Positions 24,312-37,239 of a DNA stretch of 64,000 nt are shown in pieces. The notes beneath the pieces are model-generated. The model saw only the letters and a program-made list of their open reading frames with translations. It searched no databases and was not told the origin of the DNA. Source of the DNA: Dicyema japonicum (lineage: Eukaryota > Animalia > Dicyemida); assembly GCA_011109175.1 (NCBI GenBank), contig RDEW01000079.1:1-64000 (forward strand), written 5' to 3'. A program made the translations under genes and the position numbers. Each line of letters starts with the position of its first letter. Within the stretch, counting starts at the first letter, position 1.

Positions 24312-26767
24312 TATCAAGCCGGTTATAATTTAACCATATTTAAATCTTGTGAAGGTATTCTTGTAATCTTCATGATGCGTTAATAGTTATAAATAAAATT
24401 TAAATAAAATAAATAAGTTAGATTTACTGTTATTTTTAAATTTTAAAATGTTTTTACTAAAAATAATTAACGAAAAGGATACATGTCAGCAAACCGAGGG
24501 GTTAATTGGTCGGAAGGTTGAGGTAGTATTATACATCTTTTGCACATAATGTCTATTTATTGTCATCACGTGAGCATGGACGAAATGACGGGGTACGAAG
24601 ACGTTGGAAACTCGAAGTTTTCTCAAAAAGCCGTCTGGTACACCTATCATCCGAGTTCGAATTTTGCCCAGCCCAAAGTTAAAGGAACTTGATGGATTAT
24701 ATGTTGACTTTACTTAGAAGTAATATATGATCTTAACCATGCAGTCAAATGACATTTTTTTGGAAGAGCAATAGGTTTCTCGAAGCTCGTTGCTCACTCT
24801 CGATATTATAATTAATCTCCTATTTCTCTTTTCGACAATTCCTCTTATTCCAATAATGTAGGAAAGAAAGGGATTACGGAAATAATCCTTATGATAAACT
24901 GCCATTTGGTAATCCAGTCGTTATGTATTTTGAAGACGACTGTCTTACCATCTAAGTGTGCCCAAATACATCAAATTTTTGAAAGTATTGATCTATTAGT
25001 CTCTCCCTTTAACCTCAAGTATCAGGAATGCGTCTCGATAAATGCTGTTGCAAAGAAAATAACTAATTTTCCTAGTTCAAAAAACAAAAATATTTAACAA
25101 CAAATTTGATAACACATATTCAAACTTTTGTGAATAAATCCCCACTGAAATGAAAAATATCTGAGCATTGAAGTATTTGTTAAGCCATCTAAATTCTAAA
25201 ACTCGAGTTTCTTCCAAAAAGTATGTGTTACTTTTTGTAAATTAGTTAGAGACAATTTCTCAAATATGTTGGATCTCTAAAGGATCATCCAAACTGCTGT
25301 GAGAACGTATTCAACTGGCTGATATATAAAAAAGGTTTATATTTTCTCCAAAACCTCAAAATAACCAAAACTTTAACGGCTAGTTAATATTATGCACGGA
25401 AATTTTAAAATATATGCCAGTCGAATTTTTTATATAAAAATCTTCATAATAAAGAATATTCCGATGTAATAAACATTTGCTTTCAAATTGCAATGATTCT
25501 TCAATTTAATTAGACAATCACGAAAACATCAATTTCCAGTGAAACTATTTGTATGTTAGTGCTACATCAACCATACATCAAAGAGGTCAATTTTATAACA
25601 TCTTCACTGTAACTAGCTTCAGTTTGAATGAAAATAAAATTTGCTATATATCCACCTATTATGTAGTGCAAACAATTTCATTTTAGTGATAACGAAACAA
25701 GACATAACATGAAATACACGGAATTGTTTAGACAAATTACATATTTGACGAAATAATCTTCAACGATTAATTTAGGCAATTTACTTATGACTGAAACAGA
25801 ATTATGGCCAATGTTCAATCGAGCAGGTTTTATTTAGTTAATAAAGTCTCTTTGGGGAAGAAATAATAATCTTCATAACATATTTCCGTGATTATATTGT
25901 TACTATAAATATTTTCTGCAGTCACAGTATCGTATTAAATAAGGAGTTGTTAATAAGTAACCAACGAATATTATGTCCAGTGGATTTTTTATTACGTTGT
26001 TTAATTGTTTTTTGGAAATCCATTCTTCTCATATTATTGAGCATACTCTTGCTATCCTTCTATTATAGGAACAACGAAACGGTGAAAATGACAAGATCAC
26101 AATATACTCTATTCAGAAAATTACATTTATTTTAGTGAGTCGTTTTTACAATGATTACATCGGAAATAATTACTCCAAAATGACCGTACAGACTTTACAA
26201 CTTAATAAGCGTTTTTGTTTGTTATGATAATTGTACAACCATGAAAAAGATTTTTTCCTTTAATCAATCTCTATTAGCACATTANNNNNNNNNNNNNNNN
26301 NNNNNNNNNNNNNNNNNNNNNNNNNNNNNNNNNNNNNNNNNNNNNNNNNNNNNNNNNNNNNNNNNNNNNNNNNNNNNNNNNNNNNNNNNNNNNNNNNNNN
26401 NNNNNNNNNNNNNNNNNNNNNNNNNNNNNNNNNNNNNNNNNNNNNNNNNNNNNNNNNNNNNNNNNNNNNNNNNNNNNNNNNNNNNNNNNNNNNNNNNNNN
26501 NNNNNNNNNNNNNNNNNNNNNNNNNNNNNNNNNNNNNNNNNNNNNNNNNNNNNNNNNNNNNNNNNNNNNNNNNNNNNNNNNNNNNNNNNNNNNNNNNNNN
26601 NNNNNNNNNNNNNNNNNNNNNNNNNNNNNNNNNNNNNNNNNNNNNNNNNNNNNNNNNNNNNNNNNNNNNNNNNNNNNNNNNNNNNNNNNNNNNNNNNNNN
26701 NNNNNNNNNNNNNNNNNNNNNNNNNNNNNNNNNNNNNNNNNNNNNNNNNNNNNNNNNNNNNNNNNNN

Positions 26768-26801
26768 GACAGACAGACACACAGACAGACAGACACACAC
26801 C
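26768..26801. repeat. (GACA)n/(CA)n microsatellite at a gap edge
   Basis: ACAGACAGACACACAGACAGACAGACACACAC. Confidence 0.8.
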
Positions 26802-27149
26802 ATACCATTTTATTATTAAGATTATGTTGTATGTTTGTATAATAAATGATTCTTAAGTTAAAATTTGTTAGGTTAAAAATTTTTGTTTTATAGGTTTAAA
26901 ATTTGGTTATTTTTAGGTTAAAAAGTTATAATTTTTAGGTTAAAAATCGAAGTTTTTTTAGGTTAAAAAAAAAATTGCCCTAGTGATGACATTTCGTGCC
27001 AGCGATTTAGCTGATAGATATCTCGCATATTCCGAAAGATAATATCAAGATAAACAATAAATAATCTTCTACTGCAGAAAGAACGCTATTTTAAACAATT
27101 CAAAAATTATCAACCGTCGAATTTGGAATAAATAAAAATACTGTTTCTT

Positions 27150-29760
27150 TTAAAATAATAGTACTGGATGGTCCGCGGCCGATCCAGGAGAGGATGCCGA
27201 AGAGAGAATTGCGGACGGGGACCACGTGTCTGTGCACGTGGCGTCCCAGATCAGGCATTTACCGTTCCGGAATGGGAAGGTTGTCATCCCATCCGGGCGC
27301 TTGCCGTCCCCCCTGTCCAGACCGACTGGTTCGAGAACATTCGGGAAGCCGGCAGCATTCAGTGCTCTGGAGATAACGTCGTTGAGTGCCCCATGACGAG
27401 GCGAGCGGCCTGCGCTCCGGCGGCACGAGAGGGGGTGCAGCCCTTTCACATCCACCACTCCTCCGCAACGGCACCGATGAGGCGTGCAGATGTCGAGACC
27501 CAACCGGAGAGCAGTTCCAATCCGGAGGGTCTCGTCGTCCAACAACGAGCCCGTTGATGCCGACGGAAATGCGTCGAGCCAGGAGCCACTGTGTTTCTGT
27601 GCTGCGGAGAGCAAGCACGCCAGGCGGTGTTGGTCCAGAAGGGGCTGTAGCGTTGAAAAGGACTGAGATGCCCAGATCTCGTCCCAATCTCTCTGTCTGG
27701 ACATCTCAGAAGGGATTGGGAGGTTGGCGGCGGTCCAAAATTTTTGCAGGTCGTCGGCCGGTAAATCCAGAGAGAGTTCGTTGAAGGGGAGTAGAACCTC
27801 TCTGACAAGCTGACGGCTGCTGGAAACTGAGGAGAAGTGGGCATGCGGCGCCAGGTCTTTAGGCGAACGGAGGCCGATCCCTCCGAACCTGACGGGGAGT
27901 TTTCCTTGAGTCCAACCGATTTCGTCAAAGGCGATGTTCAGAACTGCTTCCGTGGACGATTTCAGCGAAGTTTCCATGGAAGATAGCATGTCAAGATGAG
28001 AGTAGCATGGCAGGCAGCGGAGCGTGTATAGCAGTTTCGGCATGTGCCTACTGCTTTTCATGAGGAAGAAGGCGATGTGCGAGTCTAGATTTAGAAGCCT
28101 GCTTGTGAGGTCACAGAATTCCAGGTCCTTCTTTACCAGGTGGGCCCTTAGGCCGCCGATGGGCTGAGAGGCAGCCGAGGAATGTGGCTTTGGACATGTT
28201 GGTAGTCTGGACTCCGGGGATAAGATCAGTTATTGATTTTCTCAGATCGAGAAAATTTTCCTGAGGATAGTTGATATTCAAAAGCTCGCATTTTCCTTCA
28301 TTTACTTTAATCCCGAGGTGTCTGAAAGGAGAGTTTAGAGATTATACGGCATCATTGATTGCGAAGACGAAAAGGAGGAGCTCGAGTGGGTCACCCTGCT
28401 GAACTACTGTCCGGGAGCGGACGACTTCGTTCTCAAAGATAAGCGTTCTTTCTTCGCCGTAGGAAAGGAAGACCAACTGGGCGATCTCCGGGGCCCTTTT
28501 AAGGCAAGCGTCGAAGATGCAATCTCTCCTTACACTGTTGAAAGCGTTGCGTAAATCGAGCTTCACAGCTGCGTGGGGGGAGTTGAGTGCTTTGTTAGAA
28601 AAGAAAATACTTCTGGCAGCGTGAACTGAGGCTTCGCAACCGTTGGCGATCCTCACCCCGAGTTGTTGAGGAGCAAATTCGAAGCTGAGGCGAGGGCATA
28701 CACTCCTCGCAGCCAATTTAGCAGTCAGGCGGCGGAAGTAGTTTCCAACTGCTATAGGGCGGATTCCGCCGTCCTTTTTCCGGAATGTAAGAAGATGTGC
28801 CGAGAAGAGCATGTTCCTCGCAAAGTGGGGGATCTCACCGCTCAATATCCTACCGGCTAGAGCGACTATTGCGGATATCAGGGTATTGCCTCCTTCTCTT
28901 GTTGAATGAGAGGTGAGGTCCTTGATGTGGCCCGGGCGTAAGCCATCGAGCCTCCCGCAGCTGCTTTTCCCGAATGATTGGATTAAAATTCTGATTTCTT
29001 CTTCTGAGAAGTTGAGTGCGGAGGGTACAGATAGGCGAGTGATAGGTTGTACATCGAAGGGAGAATCCCGGTGTTTTTATCTCAGATGGGTATGGACATC
29101 ATAAGTCGGTTTTAGCAAAGTTTCGTCGTTTGTGACTGTGCGAATCACAGCTCGGACGCCACCTTCGGCTAGGTTGGTGCTGACACGTTCGTTCAAGGTG
29201 TTTTCCCTGCAGTGCGGAATGTTCTTTTTGTTCTTTTGGGGACGTTTGTAATTAGATTCTTGGAGGTTGATTGGTGCGAAGAGATTCTATTGACGTTCTC
29301 TTTGATCAATGTTAAGAGAGGAAGGGGGTTCCTCCCAGTGCGATAGGGATTCCGAGCGCATGAGGGGCAAAGCTGATTAGACGAGACCAAGCTTCGCAGC
29401 TGTCCGACGAAGGCCCATCGTTGATGAAGGAAGAGAGGCATGTGGCAATTTGTATCCTGGCGGACATGGAAATCCGTAGAGGAATTTTCAAAGAACCTCG
29501 AAACTTTAATAATTTGATGAGAAATGGGTTGACTTCCAGCGTATATCCTCGTGTGAGAAAGACGAAGGCGAAGGAGCACTCCGTAGAGCATCCGATTGAA
29601 GTCTTTTGGATGAGAGGCATGAGGGACAAAGCAGGTTGGGAATCTCGATTGCGGCCTTTTCGAATTTTAAGGCAGCCGAGTGGAAATACTGCTGACAGAT
29701 CGGGCATCTGAACCCGTTCTTCCTGGGAATGGAGGAGAGGCATTTCGTGCAGGGAACAGT
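27150..29760 (-). mobile_element. Largest CRE-clade element (N-terminal Zn fingers, RT, RLE); frameshifted and 3'-truncated
   Basis: CPIC/CPSC; KKDGGIRPIAVG; VKLDLRNAFNSV; QQGDPL; HPLSC..SAGR..RH..LND; GDGKRPDGMT.FPF..GKCLIWDATC. Confidence 0.9.
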
Positions 29761-31078
29761 ATCATGTAGAACATCTTCCGGAACTTATCTTCACTTTTCT
29801 TTGAAATAAACAGTTTTGTCAAGTGGCCTACGTTTAACTAATTGAAAATAGATCGAAATCTAATTTTTATTACTAATAAAATAATTTATATTTTATATAT
29901 ACAAGATTAAATTAAAACATAAAAATAATAGAATATATTTGTAGAGTTACTTTATTTTTTCCTTCTTCTATCAGCTCACAGTTGGAGGACATTTCATTTT
30001 CTGCTAACTCGCTAATATCGTCGCCTGTTTCTAAGACTGAACAATAGTATACTATACTTATGACTTGTGCTAACTCTTCTCTGTATTCCAATAGTTTTAC
30101 TAGATTACATATTTCAGTGTATATTTCATCGAATTGGAGAATTTCATTTTCATATTGAGTTTGGCGTCTTCCGAGTTTGATATATTTTGTTATACACGTC
30201 AGTGAAATAATTATTCATAAGACTGTCTTCAGGAAATAGAATGGGGAGAGCATTAGGAGATGTCCCCACACTTCTATAAATAAATGTGCGGGATAATATC
30301 ATCTTAACATTCCTCATATTAACATGACACACTAAATACAAATTTATTATAATTTAATATTCTAATAAAATAGTATGTTTTATGATAATCAATCTCTATT
30401 TTTAACTAATTTAAGGTAGTTGATTAAAGGCTAATTAATTCACTCCCAATTTCGGGAGATTAATCTTCTTTTTAGAGAAGGGGATAACCACCACCTCTCC
30501 TTTATCTCTCTCTACATATCAATGACGACTCTTGTTCTTTACTTACCATACTGTCTTTATAAAAATGATTTTCTTAGATTAGGAGGATACTGCCTTAATT
30601 TCTCTCCTCTTCAGTGATATTTATCCCATGTCTGTATTCGGTTCGGTCAGTGTTTTTTCCATCAGGACTGATTGTATTTCATCTGAGTTCTTTCTTCAAT
30701 AGATAACTTGTCGGTGTAGTTCTTTTTAACTTGAGAATTATAAAGGCTCATCAACTTTCCAGCCAAAAGGTCGTATTTATGGCAGTTCTCAACTTTGACA
30801 TGTTTCAGGACATCCCGGGAAATAACTCTAATATCGAAGAGAGTAATTTCATTTTTTATTTTGTCATACCGAAAATATCAGACTCGTTACACTGAATGTT
30901 TGTCTAATTATAGGGTTTTCCGAGTTTTAGCGTCGAATGCGCAAGCATTAGTGTTGATGCATCAAGCATTAGTGTTGAAGCTTCAAGCATTAATGTTGAA
31001 CCTCCGAAAATTAGCTTTTAAACCGCATATTAGCCAACATTAACGTTTTCGAGAATTTCTGTGTTAGAGCATGAGCTA

Positions 31079-32569
31079 CAGTCAACAAAAATAAAAACTG
31101 AACAACCATTTTCTCACGAATTTACTATGAAATAATATCTAAAAAATAACTTATATTGATTTTAAACATTAAATAAAGTATTGTTTATTTTTTAGTTTTC
31201 TATAAAATATTATATTTATGCGGTTTTTCATTCATTGATAATTCAGAACCCCAAAAAAACTGAACAAATTTATTTAATATCTAGTATGTCCTCCATTAGC
31301 TCTTATTACATCTAGTATTCGGCCTGCCATGCTATTAATGAGACTTTTTGCGTATTCTGTTTTAAGTTCATTCCAAATGGATGATATTTCTGCAAATAAA
31401 TGCTCCTTTTTCAAAAATTCTCTTCCTTTGATTTTTTCTATAATAAAGCCCAAACATTCTCTATGGGGTTTAAATCTGGGCTTTGTGCAGGCCATGGTAG
31501 CAATTCGATATTATTTACTTGAAAAAGCTCTTTACTAATGCCGAAGTATGTTTCGGATCATTGTCTTGTTGGTAAATAGGATCTTTAAGTTCGATTTTGT
31601 TCAGAAATGAGATAAGATTATTCGTTAGTATGCTAACATACAAAGCTCCATCCATCTTCTCTTTTATCCAAACCAAATTACTGAATCCATTTATGCTTAT
31701 GGCACCCCCTATACCATGATAGATCCTTACAGAATTTTACTGTTTTTGTCACATTGTTTGTTAAATATTTTTCCTTGCGATTTCTCCATACAAAAGTTCT
31801 TCCATCACTATTGTACATGTTGAATTTACTTTCATCACTGAAAATAACTCGCTCCCAAAAATATTTTGGGAGCATATTCCATGTTTGGCATAGCGTCAAT
31901 CGTCGAAGTTTATGTTTTTTGTAAGAAGTGGCCTTTTCGTGGGCGGATAAGCATTCAGACCAATTTTTTTATTGTATTTCTTATTGTTTGAGCTGTTACT
32001 GATTTTCCTGTTTTTTCTGTAAAGTTTTGGCATATTTAACACAGTTGAAATGGACATCCACTTTTCGAGCCTCATTCATTTGAAATATTTCTTGACGATT
32101 AAGCAACGATGGTGGACAAAACCCGGCTTTTCTGTCCGTCGAGCAGTTGTTTAAGTAGCTTCTGATAATTTTCGATATCGTGCCGAGCGATCTTTTGGTG
32201 ATATCTTGTATTTCTCTGTATGTTTTTCCAGATTTATACATGCCAATTATTATGCCTTTTTCTTCAGATGTTGTATGACTAACCATGTAGCGAGATTACA
32301 AATGATTGAATTTGAACGAATTTAAAAAAATAAGATGTTGTTGACCTTTTCCTTTGATATATTTAAGTAAATTAAATTTGTTCAGTTTTTTTTTTTGGTT
32401 TTGAATTTTCGATTTCATAAAAAAGCGCATAAATATATGTTTCTCAAAAAAACTAAAAAATGTAAAATACTTTATTGCATGTTAAGAATAAATTTGAGAC
32501 ATATTTGTAATATTGTCCCATAGTAAATTTATGAGAAAATGCATGTTCAGTTTTTATTTTTGTTTACTG
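31079..32569 (-). mobile_element. Tc1 transposon with about 200-bp imperfect IR/DR-type TIRs, decayed
   Basis: TA|CAGT...ACTG|TA; VIFSDESKF, QQDNDPKH, PDLNPIEN, ANGGHTRY*; AAAAACTGAACA repeated at both ends of each IR. Confidence 0.92.
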
Positions 32570-32637
32570 TATATGGATAAAAAAGAAATACTATACCCCT
32601 TTCAACCAAAAACTGATTTTTGAACATTCAATTAATG

Positions 32638-33196
32638 ATTTTTGAACATTTCGCCTCGTCATGGGGCACTTAACAACGTCATCTCGAGAGCACTCAATGC
32701 TGCCAGTTTCCCGAACGTACTGGAACCAGTCGGTCTGGACAGGGGAAACGGCAATGGGATGACAACCTTCCCATTCCGCAATGGCAAATGCCTAATCTGG
32801 GACGCCAACGTGCACAGACACTTGGTCCCCATCCGCCATTCTCTCATCCGCATCTTCTCCTGGTTCGGCCGCGGCTTTGGCGGAAGCCCACAAAACTGAG
32901 AAGTACTTGAAACTCGCCGCCCAACACTCCTTTGTCCCTCTCGCTTTTGAGACCTCCGGTGCCTCCGGGCCGCAAACATCCAAATTCCTGAAGGACGTCG
33001 GCCTCCTTATCGCTCGCAGGAAAATGGACGAACGCGAATCCTCTGGCTGTGACAGAGGATCTCGCTCACAATCGTGCGCGGTAATGCGCAAGCTATCCGT
33101 TTGGCAGGGATCTAACCGTTCTCTGGCAACGCTCGCAGATCGAGCTCGGCTTTTTTTTATTTAATCTCATGATGTTTATCATTTAAAGAAAAACAT
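32638..33196 (+). mobile_element. 5'-truncated CRE element nested in the IS630-like ORF
   Basis: PRHGALNNVI...GKCLIWDA...FVPLAFETSG...ISLTIVRGNAQAI; ATTAATG TSD at 32631-32637 and 33197-33203. Confidence 0.88.
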
Positions 33197-35140
33197 ATTA
33201 ATGGAAAATCGAACAAAGAAATAAGTGACTATCTAAATATGCCTCAATCCTCCATAAGCCGAATATTTTGTCAATAGAGAAAATCCGGAGATATTGAGAG
33301 CAAACCTCGTGGTGGAGACTATTCTTCCAAATTAAGTGATTTACACAAGTAATACATTCTTAGTTTGGTCGATGATAATCCATTATTAACACTATCAAAG
33401 TTAAAAGACATGCTGTTTTCTGAATATCGGATAAATATCAGTCCGAGTACTATTAACAGATGTCTTAAAGACTTTCACTAAACAGTTAAACAAATAGTGA
33501 AAATACCAATGAGGCGGAATATTGATACAACCATTGAACTTAGAAAAAAATATGCAGATAATTTTCGACATTTACAAATTGAAGATAAGAGCATCATTTT
33601 TCTGGATGAAGTAGGCTTTTCAGTTTGTACTCGTGCGAAAAAAGGGAGAGCAAAGTCTGGAAACTTGCCTTATTTGACGGTGCCCCAAGTAAAAAGCAGA
33701 AACATATCTGTTTTGCCGCAATGAACAAATATGGAATCATTTTCCATGAAATTTTCAATTTTTCTTTAAATGGAGAAACTTTTAAAGAATGTTTGATCAA
33801 ACTCAAAGATACTTGCACCAAAAATTATGATATTCTGAATCCATTATTTATTAATGGATAATGCTCGCATACACCATTATAAAAGATTAACTGAAGTTAT
33901 CCCGAATTTTAATATTGAATATCTACCACCCTACTCTCCTTTATTTTCTGCAAAAAAGAATTAGCAGTAAATTTTTTTGAAAAAAATAAATACTAAATTC
34001 GAAACTAACATTATTAAAATTCTTAATATTTGTGTAATAAATTTTTATTGCTCAAGAATTAAATAGAGGATAAGATGACCAAAATTTTTTANNNNNNNNN
34101 NNNNNNNNNNNNNNNNNNNNNNNNNNNNNNNNNNNNNNNNNNNNNNNNNNNNNNNNNNNNNNNNNNNNNNNNNNNNNNNNNNNNNNNNNNNNNNNNNNNN
34201 NNNNNNNNNNNNNNNNNNNNNNNNNNNNNNNNNNNNNNNNNNNNNNNNNNNNNNNNNNNNNNNNNNNNNNNNNNNNNNNNNNNNNNNNNNNNNNNNNNNN
34301 NNNNNNNNNNNNNNNNNNNNNNNNNNNNNNNNNNNNNNNNNNNNNNNNNNNNNNNNNNNNNNNNNNNNNNNNNNNNNNNNNNNNNNNNNNNNNNNNNNNN
34401 NNNNNNNNNNNNNNNNNNNNNNNNNNNNNNNNNNNNNNNNNNNNNNNNNNNNNNNNNNNNNNNNNNNNNNNNNNNNNNNNNNNNNNNNNNNNNNNNNNNN
34501 NNNNNNNNNNNNNNNNNNNNNNNNNNNNNNNNNNNNNNNNNNNNNNNNNNNNNNNNNNNNNNNNNNNNNNNNNNNNNNNNNNNNNNNNNNNNNNNNNNNN
34601 NNNNNNNNNNNNNNNNNNNNNNNNNNNNNNNNNNNNNNNNNNNNNNNNNNNNNNNNNNNNNNNNNNNNNNNNNNNNNNNNNNNNNNNNNNNNNNNNNNNN
34701 NNNNNNNNNNNNNNNNNNNNNNNNNNNNNNNNNNNNNNNNNNNNNNNNNNNNNNNNNNNNNNNNNNNNNNNNNNNNNNNNNNNNNNNNNNNNNNNNNNNN
34801 NNNNNNNNNNNNNNNNNNNNNNNNNNNNNNNNNNNNNNNNNNNNNNNNNNNNNNNNNNNNNNNNNNNNNNNNNNNNNNNNNNNNNNNNNNNNNNNNNNNN
34901 NNNNNNNNNNNNNNNNNNNNNNNNNNNNNNNNNNNNNNNNNNNNNNNNNNNNNNNNNNNNNNNNNNNNNNNNNNNNNNNNNNNNNTTCTGGCACGACGCA
35001 GTTGGTGGAAAGAGGATCTCTTTCCTAGCAGATATTAGTGTGGCGTTACGTGGTCCACCAAATTCACTTGGGCACTTCAATTGGATTTGGAAACGCCCAG
35101 GTGGAACCTAAGGCCCACCGAAAAAGGACCATTCGAATCT

Positions 35141-35296
35141 TGTGCTGTCTAATACGGTCAAGTACATCTTTGATTGTTTCAAGTCGAGTGAAGTGTGTGT
35201 CGTACATCGAAATTGACAACAACTACATCTACGACCTGCTGGAGGAGGAGTGAGTGGTGTCTCTAATGCACAGACACCGACCTCCAAGAAGATCCG
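35141..35296 (+). pseudogene. KIF23: Kinesin-6 (KIF23-like) internal fragment, copy of about 43555-43710
   Basis: VSYIEIDNNYIYDLLEE^TPTSKKIR; near-identical to the 43.6-kb locus. Confidence 0.85.
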
Positions 35297-35453
35297 TATA
35301 GATGTACTCGTTCTACCTATCTTAGAACATACCAAAAACTACATGTCACTTTCAAACTACGTATAAAAAATAAAAGAAATATTAAACTAATTGATAAAAC
35401 GAGTGAAAAAATTAGGCCAACTACTAAGGTTATTTATTCTGCCCTTCCTAACC

Positions 35454-36008
35454 TCATGAATCATTCTTATTATCAGTTTTATTTTCGCTTTGACTATTTC
35501 TTTCATCAGCCATTTTTCGATAAATATTCTCAAACACTCGCAGTTAACACGACTGTAATTCGTTTGTAGAATTCTTCAATTCATCCAACCCCACATTCTC
35601 CTTCTTTAACATCTCCTTCACTTTCTCGACCTTCTCCTTCAACTGGTCAGAATCTTCCTGAGACATTTTGTCTTTAAATTCAATCAATTTAGATTCTGTG
35701 TCGTGAACAATCCCATCAGCAGAATTACAAGCTTCGACGCGTTCCTACAATGAATTAATATGATTGAAAAAACTCTTCTCTCAGAATCCATTTTGAAAAA
35801 TTTTGGGCGTCCTCAACCATTCGCTCAATATCCTCTTTACTGAGGCCTCCGGAGGATTTCAAAATGACTGGAACTAATAAAATGAGGAATACTTTGCTGT
35901 TCTTTTCCAGTTCCTTTATCTCTTGCACTTACATTGACTATTCCATTCGCATCAATATCAAAAGTGACTTATATTGAGGAATTCCTCGAGGTGCTGGTGG
36001 GACCCAAC
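35454..36008 (-). pseudogene. HSPA9: Mitochondrial HSP70 (mortalin) C-terminal fragment, copy 1
   Basis: [34 protein letters not shown]^[18 protein letters not shown]...^ERVEACNSADGIVHDTESK...FENIYRKMA; micro-introns retained; indels; no ATPase domain upstream. Confidence 0.85.
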
Positions 36009-36315
36009 CTTGGTAATATTAAAAACTGAAAACCAAAAAGCTGAGATCCTTTGATATAATTTGTACTCGGCATCAAAAAATGTGATTCAACAACAAAATT
36101 TTTATTTTAAATAATTAGAGAGGCTGTTAGGAGAAAACATATGGTGACCTTCGGCATTCCTGCCTTTTCAGTCTAGCACACACGCTCGCCTCTCTACACA
36201 ACCACAGGTTAGGACTTACCGTCGTACCTGCCACCCAGTAATTATCTTCGCTAGGACCTCAGGGAGGCCTTTGAGGGACAATTCCTGGCGGCGTTGGAGA
36301 GCTCCTCTCGCCATT

Positions 36316-36770
36316 CCAAAGTCGGATCCAACTTCAGCTGGCATCCCTGAACTGCGCTTCTTAGCTGCATACGGAAGACTGGTTCGAGGCACTCCCCATC
36401 TCTAGCACTGGATCTCTACTGGAAGACGAATCCTTACGGATTGGCATCTGCCTACGTTTGGGCTTGGAGATCTGCTAGCCCCACCTGTACCGGTGCGGGT
36501 CTACGATTTTGCCGAACTGTTTGCACGCCTTATCGTGTAAAAAGAGTGCCGGTAGAATTCCCCGCCACATCCACCTTAACGACGTTGTTTGAAGGGCACT
36601 TGAGTCGGCAGGTCTCCCCTCCACTCTAAAACCAGTCGGCCTCTTCCAGAGTGATGGCAAAAGTCCCGACGGGATGACGATTGTTCCTTTTAGGGAAGGC
36701 AAGTCCCTGGTCTTGGATACCACCTCCGTAGACTCTTTTTCGTGACGATGCTACCCAAGACTGTCAGCAA
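36316..36770 (+). mobile_element. CRE RLE-region fragment
   Basis: LRIGICLRLGL..C, SCKKSAGR, DGKSPDGMTIVPFREGKSLVLD. Confidence 0.75.
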
Positions 36771-36779
36771 TCACAGAGC

Positions 36780-37200
36780 CGTAGGAGCGGGGAGATCTTG
36801 GGGTTTATTTGTAGGCAGACTTTCATAATTATGTTCCTCTGACGGTGTTCTTGATGTCATGTTTGATGGCCACGTGAAAGGAATCGGGACTGGAGGTAAC
36901 AAATTTCCGGACAGCTTGCACTCCATCTTCGAAACAGTTAGCGACGACATGCCGAGCTGGGCGGAGAAAGTTCGTTGTTCGAGCCACAACACACGATTGT
37001 TGCAGCAGCTTAGCTGCCAGTTGACGGGGAAAGTTTCCCACTGCAATTGGACAGCTTCTGTAAATATAGCCTTCTTTAGCAGTGAAAACAATTTTCAGTG
37101 CCCTTGTTACGCCGAAATCCCAATTGCTCTTGCAAGAGATACTGTTTATCCTCAATATAAGTTGATTTTCATTTTTTCCATGATTTTTGAGATAGAACAT
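36780..37200 (-). mobile_element. CRE RT fragment
   Basis: PIAVGNFPRQLAAKL...GVQAVRKF...VAIKHDIKN. Confidence 0.7.
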
Positions 37201-37239
37201 ATGAGACTGATTGGTCTGTAATTTGCCGGATCAGAACTC

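Larger units (their letters stand above)
30911..33950 (+). mobile_element. IS630/Tc1-like host element carrying two nested insertions
   Basis: TATAGGGTTTTCCGAG end with 3x CAAGCATTAGTGTTGA; HTH KSNKEISDYLNMPQ; IIFLDEVGF; MDNARIH; LPPYSP. The uninterrupted 5' end is seen at 37755-38047. Confidence 0.8.

Noticed and set aside
27168-27928. Multiple overlapping GC-rich ORFs on both strands
   Set aside because: Shadow frames of the CRE coding sequence.
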